This document shows, piece by piece, positions 1-11,000 of a stretch of DNA of 64,000 bases. The DNA comes from Mobula hypostoma (lineage: Eukaryota). The stretch spans positions 105,030,001 through 105,094,000 of the forward strand of contig NC_086097.1 of the NCBI RefSeq assembly GCF_963921235.1, in the 5' to 3' direction. The notes under the pieces were generated by a model. That model made no database searches. It was not told the origin of the DNA and was given only the letters and a program-made list of their open reading frames with translations. A program made the position numbers and the translations under genes. Positions within the stretch are counted from its first letter, which is position 1, and each line of letters begins with the position of its first letter.

Positions 1-135
1 AATTGGGCCAAAGGGCCTGTTTCTGTGCTGTGTGACTCTATGATTCTGTTGTCCTTTTTTTCTACAGTGATGAGTGTGCAGTGATAGGCAGGTTACAGGC
101 TGGATTCTCCCAGGGTTCCTGTAGTCCTATAAGTG

Positions 136-465
136 ATGTCTACCCTGAAACCCCCAACAGAGAAGACCTCTGACCCAGCCCTGACCCAGACAATCGACCT
201 TCCAAAAGATGTTCCTCTTCCACACCGCAAGTATAGGCAGCTGCTGCACGATAAGTATGTTAGAAGTATGGCCCTTAACCTGAATTTCTCCAAGGATGTG
301 ATTGATTCCATGGCATTTTATGGGGCCCCACTCAAGGAGAGGGGTGATGGCAGTATCTTTGATCACTTTGAAGTTGTTACACGTGCAGCACCTTGCAGAC
401 TTCTCCATTCAGGTCAAAAATCTCACCACTATCAACTCACCAAGCAGAAGACCAGGCAGGACACA
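136..465 (+). CDS. HEATR4: HEAT repeat-containing protein 4, first coding exon in window (exon probably starts at 68)
   Basis: Acceptor tttttttctacag ends at 67. In-frame TAA at 130-132 is followed by ATG at 136. Peptide KYVRSMALNLNFSKDVI resembles the HEATR4 N-terminal motif as I recall it (YLKMAAANLTFSQEVV). Donor GTGAGT at 466, phase 0. The start codon is inferred. Confidence 0.75.
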
Positions 466-565
466 GTGAGTAACCAAGTGTTGGATAACATGTGAATTCA
501 ATGGGTGTGGGAGACTTGAGAACCAGCACAAACCAACTTCAACTGCAGCGTTCCCTTTGTTTTAG

Positions 566-936
566 GGTTGGAAATCTGCAGCATCACCACTGCTAAAGCA
601 AATAGCAGCACAGAGCCGCAGTCCACCTGTGAAGGCAGTGAAGAATCCTCTCAGCTTTCAACTGCAGTTTGAGCAATGGGATGAGTACGTCATAAAGAAG
701 CTGAGCAAGAGGACAGGACAGTGGCTTGTGACGAAGCAAATAACCAATGGTCTATCTCGAGTCAGGTTGCAGGCAGTTCTTCAGGACCACTATGGCTCTG
801 CCAATGCCCATGCCCTCGTACAAGATGAGACCATGACAGCAAGTGATTTCAGTCTCTATAACCAAATCAAACCACAGGAGCCCTATGAGGCTGTTTTAAG
901 AAGGGTGACCAGAATTCCATTGGCCAGCTGTTGCAG
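566..936 (+). CDS. HEATR4: HEATR4 coding exon
   Basis: Acceptor ttccctttgttttag ends at 565. Open frame GWKSAASP...WDEYVIKKLSKRTGQWL...DETMTASD...IPLASCCR resembles recalled HEATR4 WEATVLEKLNERTARWI. Donor cag/GTACTA at 937, phase 2. Confidence 0.85.
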
Positions 937-1149
937 GTACTAATGTTAGGTTTGTGGCATGTTTCAACAATGTTCTTAATCCAAGTAGCCCCTAAACATG
1001 CGTGCAGTTCCATTCCAAATACTAACTTTATCAAGATGCTAAAATCTTGCTGGTCAGTAGGTCATTCAGTATTAGAAGATCAAAAATTGAGAAAGAAAGG
1101 CAAAACTGAACTTGAGTAAATTAGCTGCTGAGATACACATGGATTAAAA

Positions 1150-2500
1150 AGATTTTGTTAGGCTCATTTTTTAAAAAAGGCTCCTTTACAGAGATGGGAG
1201 AATTTATAAGGAAAATAAGGAAATGACAGAGGAAGTAAACAATTACTTTGGTCTGCCATCATTGAAAAAGACATAAAGAACAATGGGAGATATACTGGAG
1301 AATTAGAGTCTGACAAGAATTACAATTGAAGGGAATTGGGATTAATAAAATAGGGTATTAGAGAACCTGATAAGAGTAAAAGCTGGTAAACGCCAAATGT
1401 TGAAAGAGGTAGCTACATATACAGTGAACCATATTCATCTTCCATCTTCAAAAGTAATGTAGATTTTGAAATGTTTCCTGTTGCAAATGTGACACTACTA
1501 TTTAAGAAAGGAGGAAGAGAGAAACCAGGAAACACTGCCAGAATATCAGGATGTAAACCTGGAAAGGAGTAATAGGACTGAGTAGTATTAGTGGGTTTGT
1601 GAAAGGATCATGTTTTCATCTGCTCTCCAATAGTCAACAGGAATGAGAGGAGCAGATGTGTGGAGAGAGTTCAGACAGTTACAATAACACAGTAGTATTA
1701 GTGGGAAATTTAACTTCCCTAACATTGATTGGGTCACCCAATGGGCTTGGTCAGGGTGCAGTTTGTTAAATGTGTCCTTAAAGAGAGCTAGGGAGGGTGT
1801 AACAGTGCACCTTATCTTAAGAAGCAAGATAGGGCAAGTGCCTGAAGTGTCCGTCAAGGAGCACTTTGAATTGAGTGACCATAATTCTATCAGTTATGGA
1901 GAAAGATCAGATGAATCCACAAATTAATGCTCTAAAATTGGACAGGGATCATTTTGGAGGCATGAGACAGGATCTTGCAGAGCTCTATTGGATGAGGCTG
2001 CTGATAGAAGGATGACTGGCAAGTGGGAGGATTTTAAAAATATGACATCAAGAGACCCAGGTCTGCTAGTTGAAAGGACAAGGTTGCAAGTTTAGGAAAC
2101 AATGGTTGACAAGAGATATCAATGCTCTGTTCAGAAAAATGAAAAAGGCATACATTGGGACTAGACAATTGGAACAAGTGAATCCCTCAATGACTACTAG
2201 GAATGTAGGAGCACAGATATGAGATGGAACTGGCAGGCAGAATTAAGGAATATCCCAAGAGATTCTTTAGGAATATTAAGATGGTGGTGAGAGAGAATAC
2301 GTTTCCTTAACAATTGGCATGGCACCTTTGTGTAGAGCCACAGGAAATGGTAAGATTTTCTGTGAATATTTTGCATCATTTTTTACTGTTGAGAAAATAA
2401 TGGATGCTAAAGAAATGAGTGATGATATCTTGGACAGCACACAAATTACTCTGGAGGAGATTTTGGAGGAGGTCAGTATATTGACATACGTGGCGGCTGA
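1150..2500 (+). mobile_element. Old degenerate CR1 LINE ORF2 fragments
   Basis: Decayed CR1-like motifs (gcaaatgtgacactactatttaagaaaggagg; tttaacttccctaacattgattgg) with no intact frame. Boundaries approximate. Confidence 0.65.
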
Positions 2501-2501
2501 G

Positions 2502-4645
2502 TTAGAACATAGAATAGTACAGCGCATTACAGGCCCTTCAGCCCACAATGTTGTGCCGACCCTCAAACCCTGCCTCCCATATAAGCCCCCACCTTAAATT
2601 GCTCCATATACCTGTCTAGGAGTCTCTTAAATTTCACTAGTTTATCTGCCTCCACCACTGACTCAGGCAATGCATTCCACGCACCAACCACTCTCTAAGT
2701 AAAAAACCTTCCTCTAATATCCCCCTTGAACTTCCCACCCCTTACCTTAAAGCCATGTCCTCTTGTATTGAGCAGTGGTGCCCTGGAGAAGAGGCACTGG
2801 CTATCCACTCTATCTATTCCTCTTAATATATTGTACACCTCTGTAATGTCTCTTCTCATCCTCCTCCTCTTCAAAGAGTAAAGCCCAAGCTCCCTTAATC
2901 TCTGATCATAATCCATACTCCCTAAACCAGGCAGCATCCTGGTAAATCTCCGCTGTACCCTTTCCAATGCTTCCACATCCTTCCTACAGTGAGGCGACCA
3001 GAACTGGACACAGTACTCCAAGTGTGGCATAACTAGAGTTCTATAGAGCTGCATCATTACATCGCGACTCTTAAACTCTATCCCTCGACTAATGAAAGCT
3101 AATACCCCATAAGCTTTCTTAACTACCCTATCTACCTGTGAGGCAACTTTCAGGTATCTGTGGACACGTACCCCCAGATCTCTCTGCTCCTCCACACTAC
3201 CAAGTATCCTGCCATTTATTTTGTACTCTACCTTGGAGTTTGTCCTTCCAAAGTGTACCATCTCACACTTCTCTGGGTTGAACTCCATCTGCCACTTCTC
3301 AGCCCACTTCTGCATCCTATCAATGTCTCTCTGCAATTTTCGACAATCCTCTACGCTATCCACAGCACCACCAACGTTTGTGTCATCTGAAAACTTGCCA
3401 ACCCACCCTTCTACCCCCTCATCCAGGTTGTTAATAAAAATCACGAGAAGTAGAGGTCCCAGAACAAATCCTTGTGGGACACCACTAGTCACAACCCTCC
3501 ATTCCGAATGTACTCCCTCCACCACCACCCTTGGCCTTCTGCAGGCAAGCCAATTCTGAATCCACCTGGCCAAACCTCCCTGGATTCCATGCCTTCTGAC
3601 TTTCTGAATAAGCCTACCATGTGGAACCTTGTCAAATGCCTCACTAAAATCCATGTAGATCACATCCACTGCACTACCCTCATCTATATGCCCGGTCACC
3701 TCCTCAAAGAACTCTATCAGGCTTGTTAGACACCATCTGCCCTTCACAAAGCCATGCTGACTGTCCCTGATCAGACCATGATTCTCTAAATGCCTATAGA
3801 TCCTATCTCTAAGAATCTTTTCCAACAGCTTTCCCACCACAGACGTAAGGCTTACTGGTCTATAATTACCCGGACTATCCCTACTACCTTTTTTGAACAA
3901 GGGGACAACATTCACCTCCCTCCAATCCTCCGGTACTATTCCCGTGGACAACGAGGACATAAAGATCCTAGCCAGAGGCTCAGCAACCTCTTCCCTTGCC
4001 TCGTGGAGCAGCCTGGGGAATATTCTGTCAGGCCCCAGGGACTTATCTGTCCTAATGTATTTTAACAACTCCAACACCTCCTCTTCCTTAATATCTACGT
4101 GCTCCAGAACATCAACCTCACTCATATTGTCCTCACCATCATCAAGTTCCCTCTCATTGGTGAATACCGAAGAGAAGTATTCATTGAGGACCTCGCTCAC
4201 TTCCACAGCCTCCAGGCACATCTTCCCACCTTTATCTCTAATCGGTCCTACTTTCACTCCTGCTATCCTTTTGTTTTTCACATAATTGAAGAATGCCTTG
4301 GGGTTTTCCTTTACCCTACTCGCCAAAGCCTTCTCAGCCCCTTCTTAAGCTCCTTTCTTGCTTCCCTATATTCCTCAATAGACCCATCTGATCCTTGCTT
4401 CCTAAACCTCATGTACGCTGCCTTCTTCCACCTGACTAGATTTTCCACCTCACCCATGGTTCCTTCACCCTACCATTCTTTATCTTCCTCACCGGGACAA
4501 ATTTATCCCTAACATCTTGCAAGAGATCTCTAAACATCGACCACATGTCCATAGTACATTTCCCTGCAAAAACATCATCCCAATTCACACCCGCAAGTTC
4601 TAGTCTTATAGCCTCATAATTTGCCCTTCCCCAATTAAAAATTTT
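2502..4645 (-). mobile_element. CR1 LINE, 5'-truncated, with open 543-aa RT-region frame (2695-4326)
   Basis: [30 protein letters not shown] and FSDDT motifs. CR1 (ttctatg)-type tail at about 2502. Confidence 0.95.
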
Positions 4646-5390
4646 ACTAGTGGGTACTCTGAGGGACAGGATCTATCAACGTTTCAATAGGCAAGGTGTA
4701 ATTAGGCACAGTCAATTTTGCTTTGGGATTGGGAAATAGTGCCTCAAGGAGATAATCAAGAAGATAGATTAGATAAGGCAGTGTATGTTGTCCATATGGA
4801 CTTTAGTGAGGCCTTTAAAAAAGGTCCTGCATGACAGTCTGGTAAGGAAGCTTAGATCACCTGGGATCCAGAGAGAGATAACAAATTAGATTCATAATTG
4901 CTGATGGTCAAAGGTTGCTTCTCAGTCTGGAGGCCTGTAGTTTGTGATGTGTAGTACTAGGACCTTTGCTGGAAAGGGTGTAGAGTAAATTCACCATGAT
5001 ACTGCCAAAGAGTCTGAGTTAAAGGGAGAAGTTGAACGGGCTGGGAGTTTATTCCTTGGCCATAGGGGATTGAAGGTGACAATCATGAGAGGTATAAATA
5101 GAGTGAACACACATAATCTTTTTCTCAGGGAAGGGGGAACTAAAAACTAGAGGGTATAGGTTTAAGGTGAGAGGTGAAAGATTTAAAGGGACCTCAGAGG
5201 CAACTTTTTCAAGCAGCAGGTGCTGCCAGAGAGGATGCTGGAGCAAGGTGCAATAACAGCACTTAAAAGACAGATAGGAAAGGTTTTGAGGGATATAGGA
5301 CCAAATCTGAGCTAACTGGGACTCATTTGTTAGGTCACCATAAACAAATGGCCTGCTTCCATGCCATATAGTCTATGACTATAATTGATG
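4646..5390 (+). mobile_element. Degenerate CR1 3' fragment
   Basis: Decayed RT and 3' motifs (atggactttagtgaggccttt; aaaactagagggtataggtttaaggtgagagg). Confidence 0.65.
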
Positions 5391-6092
5391 TGTTGGAGCT
5401 CCTTGAGGATGTGATAAGCAAAATAGACCACGGTGATGTAGTAGATATGTATTGAATTGTTGGAAGGGCTCAGTAAGGCTCCACACAGGAGGTTGGTAAT
5501 GTATAGGTATGGATTGAGATTGATTATTGACCAGAAAGCAACAAAATAGTTTGTCAGGTCTGCAGGCTGTAACTGGGCAGAATTAGTGTCTGAGCCAACA
5601 ATCTGGCACGGTGGGGTGGTAGGGTTGTAATTTTAAGTGATGGATTAATGGAAACAGGCCAATTGACCCAACTGTTCCAAGCTGATCGAGATGCCCATCC
5701 ATGCTAGTCCCATTTGCTAACATTTGATCCATAATCTTTTAAACTTTTCCTGTTCATTTAACTATTGTTATTGAACCTGTCTCAACCATGTCTTCTGGAA
5801 GCTCATTCCACATACCTACTACCCTCTGTGAGAAAAAAACACATTGCTCCTCCATTGCCGAATAAATCACTTTAAAACATGAGCCACCCACAGAGGCAAG
5901 CTAAGTGAGTGGACAAGAACTTGATATATGTCATATGAAGTGAATGCAGAGATGTCTACTGTTCTAATGAAGCAGCTAAGTATTTGCTTACATCAGAGTC
6001 AGATTCAATATCACACGCATATGTTGTGAAATTTCTTAACTTAGCGGCAGCAGTACAATGATCAATAATTATAGTGAAAAAATGAGTATACA

Positions 6093-6419
6093 CAGTGCCT
6101 GTAAAAAGTATTCAACCTTCTTGGACATTTTCCTGGTTTATTGATTTATAACATTGAATCACAATGGATTTAATTTGTTTTTTTTGACTCTAATCAACAG
6201 AAAAAGACTCTCGTGTCAAAGTATAAACAGATTTCTACTAAGTGATTTAAATTAATTGCAAATATAAAACACAAAATTATTGATTGCATAAGTATTCTCC
6301 CCCCACCTTTTAATATAATACACCAATTCATCACTGGTGCAGCCAATTGGTTTTAGAACTCACATAAGCAGTTAAATGGAGATCACTGTGTGCAGTCAAG
6401 GTGTTTCATTTGATTGTAG
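6093..6419 (+). mobile_element. Tc1/mariner IR-DR type terminal fragment, no transposase
   Basis: Starts CAGTGCCTGTAAAAAGTATTCA and has an internal direct repeat tgcataagtattctcccc about 200 bp in. No partner end seen. Confidence 0.7.
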
Positions 6420-7023
6420 CTGCTTTGCTCTATGTTCTCTGCTCATATATGGCTCTCCTTCTGTAAGGTCAGGAAAATAAGAGCACGGAAGATCATTCAG
6501 CTCATGGTGGTCTGCCATCTTTGACACAGCTCTCTATAATCCACTTCCTAAACTCTTCAAATGATACAAGAACATCTAAAACATACACACTTGCAGGAAT
6601 AGCTAACAAATGTGAGACTAAAATCTTCTGAGTACACACTGGCCTGTGGCACGCACTCAGCGATTCAGGAACAACTTCTTCCCCTCTTCTAAATGGACAT
6701 TGAACCCATGAACACTACCTCACTACTACTTCTGTTTTTGCACAATTTTTAATTCAACTATTTAATATACATGTATATATTTACTCTAATTGATTTATTT
6801 ATTATTCTGTATTTAGCTTGTACTGCTGCCACTAAGTTAACAAATTTCACAACATGTGTTGGTGATATTAAACCTGATTGCTTAGCTGCTAAAGCATTGC
6901 TGGTCCAATTTGAATTGAAGTTTGTGCTTTATATTTTCCCTGTACGAGAGAGGGGAAGTACTCACTCTCAGGTACTGAGAGTGCTCTGTCTAGCAACTTT
7001 ATACTCTGATTGGCATTCCCCAG

Positions 7024-7205
7024 GGTTCCAGAATTTGAACTGCATGAGGACATTGTAGAGCAGCCTGGAGATGTAAACTCAACAGCAGCCAAATTGAAAG
7101 TGAAGCACATGGAACTTCCTCCAAAGCCCAAGAACATCCTCAACTCAAAGCTTGGGAAGCATGTCTATTACACAGAAAATGTTTTTGAGCAAGAACTTTA
7201 CACTG
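7024..7205 (+). CDS. HEATR4: HEATR4 coding exon
   Basis: Acceptor attccccag. Reads VPEFELHEDIVEQPGD...LGKHVYYTENVFEQELYT (recalled HEATR4 AGKFAYSTDNTFEQEIY). Donor g/GTAAGC. Phases 2 and 1 fit the neighbouring exons. Confidence 0.9.
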
Positions 7206-7411
7206 GTAAGCAGTGACACTGGGGACTCTGCACAAGCTGGATCATTAGTTGTGAAAAGCTGAAACAGTGCTTAAGTTCAAAGTTTGTTGTATTAGATGAT
7301 ATAATCCACTGTTAGTTATACCATCCTCTCACCATTCTAGAGGCCGGAACAACTAATAGAGGATCACCCTATGCTGCAGACATAAAAAAAACTGTTTCTC
7401 ATTATTTAAAA

Positions 7412-8087
7412 CACCCCTTCTCTCTCCATCTAGTATCCACATTTGCCCCCACCAACCCCGCACTGCCATTTACCCCACTCTCTCTCCTCTCACCCCATCT
7501 CCCCACCTCCTCTCTCTATCCTCCCACACTCCCCACCTCCTCTCCCCATCCCCCCCACACTCCCCTCTCTCCCTCTCCCTCTCTCTCCCCCTCCCCCTCT
7601 CTCCCCCTCCCCCTCTCTCCCCCTACCATCTCGCCTCTCTCCACCCCTTTCTCTCCTCTCTCCCCACACACACTCTCTCTCCTGTGCACACGCACCCTAC
7701 CCCCTCGCGTGCACATGCCCTCTCTACCCATCCCTCTAAACTCCCTCTATCGCCCAACCCCCTCTCTCCCAGTGCGCACACACACCCTCTCTACCCCCAC
7801 CAACCCCTCTCCACCCCTCTCCCCCTCCCCTACCATCTTTCCCCCTCCCTACCATCCCCCAATCTTCCCCATTCCTCATCTTCCCTCCTTTCTCTCCCCT
7901 ATCCCCCACACTCACGTCCACTCCCCCCACACTCACGTCCTCTCTTCCCCTCCTCTCTCCCCCGTCCTCTGCCCCCCCGTCCTCACACACACAACCCCCC
8001 CCGTCCTCACACACACAACCCCCCCCCCCGTCCTCACACACACAACCCCCCCCCCCCGTCCTCACACCACTGCCCCACCCCCCCCCA
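7412..8087. repeat. C/T-rich low-complexity tract, including about 3 tandem copies of cccccgtcctcacacacacaac
   Basis: Seen directly; tandem units at about 7973-8070. Confidence 0.95.
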
Positions 8088-11000
8088 GTCCTCTATGGAA
8101 AAGGATAGAATCAGAGAGGACAGGAAAATTTTTAATTGGGGAAGGGCAAACTATGAGGCTATAAGGCTAGAACTTGTGGGTGTGAATTGGGATGATGTTT
8201 TTGCAGGGAAATGTACTATGGACATGTGGTTGATGTTTAGGGATCTCTTTGCAGGAGGTCAGGGATAAATTTGTTCTGGTGAGGAAGACAAAGAATGGTA
8301 GGGTGAAGGAACCATGGGTGAGGTGGAAAATTTAGTCAGGTGGAAGAAGGTAGCGTACATGAGGGTTTTTTTTTCACTTTTCTGCTTAGTAGGTTTTTCT
8401 TTGTTATCACAAAATTTTTTTTCAATCTTTAAGATGTCTTTTTTGAGACATTGTAAGTATTGTTACTTCAATGTACTCATGTTAATTTTTCTGTATGATA
8501 TAACAATAAAAAGATTTGAAAAGAAAGAAAGAATGGTAGGGTGAAGGAACCATGGGTGACAAGTGAGGTGAGGAATATAGGGTAACAAGAAAGGAGCTTA
8601 AGAAGGGGCTAAGGAGAGCAAGAAGGGGCATGAGAAGGCCTTGGCAAGTAGGGTAAAGGAAAACTCCAAGGCATTCTTCAATTAAGTGAAGAACAAAAGA
8701 ATGAAAGGAGTGAAGATAGGACTGATTAGAGATAAAGGTGGGAAGATGTGCCTGGAGGCTGTGCAAGTGAGCGAGGTCCTCAATGAATACTTCTCTTCGG
8801 TATTCACCAATGAGAGGGAACTTGATGGTGAGGTTGATGTTCTGGAGCATGTTGATATTAAGAGAGAGGGGGTGTTGGAGTTGTTAAAATACATTAGGAT
8901 GGATAAGTCCCCGGGGCCTGACAGAATATTCCCCAGGCTGCTCCACGAGGCAAGCGAAGAGGTTGCTGAGCCTCTGGCTAGGATCTTTATGTCCTCGTTG
9001 TCCCCGGGAATGGTACCGGAGGATTGGAGGGAGGCAAATGTCGTCCCTTTGTTCAAAAAAGGTAGTAGGGATAGTCCGGGTAATTATAGACCAGTGAGCC
9101 TTACGTCTGTGGTGGGAAAGCTGTTGGAAAAAATTCTTAGAGATAGGATCTCTGGGCATTTAGAGAATCATGGTCTGATCAGGGACAGTCAGCATGGCTT
9201 TGTGAAGGGCAGATCATGTCTAACAAGCCTGATAGAGTTCTTTGAGAAGGTGACCAGGCATATAGATGAGGGTAATGCAGTGGTTGTGATCTATATGGAT
9301 TTTAGTAAGGCATTTGACAAGGTTCCACATGGTAGGCTCATTCAGAAAGTCAGAAGGCATGGGATCCACGGAGGTTTGGCCAGGTGGATTCAGAATTGGC
9401 TTGACGGCAGAAAGCAGAGGGTCGTGGTGGAGGGAGTACATTCAGATTGGAGGGTTGTGACTAGTGGTGTCCCACAAGGATTGGTTCTGCGACCTCTACT
9501 TTTTGTGGTTTTTATTAACAACCTGAATGTGGGTATGGAAGGGGGGGGTTGGCAAGTTTGCAGACGACACAAAGGTTGGTGGTGTTGTGGATAGTGTAGA
9601 GGGTTGTCAAAGATTGCAGAGAGACATTGATAGGATGTAGAAGTGGGCTGAGAAGTGGCAGATGAAGTTCAACCCGGAGCAGTGTGAGGTGGTACACTTT
9701 GGAAAGACAATCTCCAAGGCAGAGTACAAAGTAAATGGCAGGATACTTGGTCGTGTGGAGGAGCAGAGGGATCTGGGGGTACATGTCCACAGATACCTGA
9801 AAGTTGCCTCACAGGTAGATAGGGTAGTTAAGAAAGCTTATGGAGGGTTAGCTTTCATAAGTCGAGGGATAGAGTTTAAGAGTCGTGGGGAAATGATGCA
9901 GCTCCATAAAACTCTGGTGAGGCCACACTTGGAGTACTGTGTCCATTTCTGGTCGCCTCACTATAGAAAGGATGTGGAAGCATTGGAAAGGGTACAGAGG
10001 AAATCTACTAGAATGCTGCCTGGTTTAGAAAGTATGGGTTATGATCAGAGATTAAGGGAGCTCGGGCTTTACTCTTTGGAGAGAAGGAGGATAAGAGGAG
10101 ACATGATAGAGGTATACAAGATAGTATAGGAAGAGGAGGGCAGTAGTAATAGGGGACTTGATAGTAAGGGGGTCAGATAGGCGATTCAGTGGACGCAGTC
10201 TGGAGACCCGGCCGGATGGTAGTTTGCCTCCCTGGTGCCAGGGTCCGGGATATTTCTGATCGCATCCAAGATATCCTGAAGTGGGAGGGAGAGGAGCCAG
10301 AGGCTGTGGTACATATAGGTACCAATGACTTAGGTAGGAAAAGGGGAGAGGTCCTGAAAGGAGAATATAGGCAGTTAGGAAGGGAGTTGAGAAAAAGGAC
10401 TGCAAAGGTAGTAACCTCAGGATTACTGCCTGTGCTACGCGACAGTGAGAGTAGGAATGCAATGAGGTGGAGGATAAATACGTAGCTGAGGGATTGGAGC
10501 AGGGGGCAGGAATTCAAGTTTTTGGATCATTGGGACCTCTTTTGACACAGATGTGACCTGTACAAAAAGGACAGGTTACACTTGAATCCTAGGGGGACCA
10601 ATATCCTGACGGGGAGATTAGCTAGTGCTACTGAGGTGACTTTAAACTAGAATGGTTGGGGGGTGGGAATCAAATTAACAAGACTAGGAGAGAGGAGGTT
10701 AGTTCACAAATAGAGAAAGCTAGTAGACAGTGTGTGAGGGAGGATAGGCAAGGGACAGAGATCAGGAGCACTCAGACCAAAGATGTAGGGGTCAAGGAAG
10801 AAAAAGATAACAAAGTTGTTTGCTCCATTAAGGATAAAAAGAGAGTAGGAGGTGGAGAGTTTTTTAAATGCATCTATTTAGGAGCATTGTAAGAAAAGTG
10901 GATGAGCTTAGAGCATGGATTAGACCTGGAAATATGATGTTGTAGCTATTAGTGAAACGTGGTTGCAGGAAGGGTGTGATTGGCAACTAAATATTCCAGG

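Noticed and set aside
466..565. Apparent stop and frameshift between ORFs 133-495 and 629-943, suggesting a HEATR4 pseudogene
   Set aside because: A GTGAGT...ttttag 100-bp intron joins the two frames exactly.
3160..4512. Several + strand ORFs, with similar ones repeated elsewhere in the window
   Set aside because: They are antisense shadows of CR1 ORF2.
7973..8070. Short direct repeats resembling a CRISPR-type array
   Set aside because: There are no unique spacers and the context is eukaryotic. It is a simple minisatellite.
7443..8268. Pro-rich and Gly-rich ORFs on both strands
   Set aside because: They are artefacts of the C-rich low-complexity tract.
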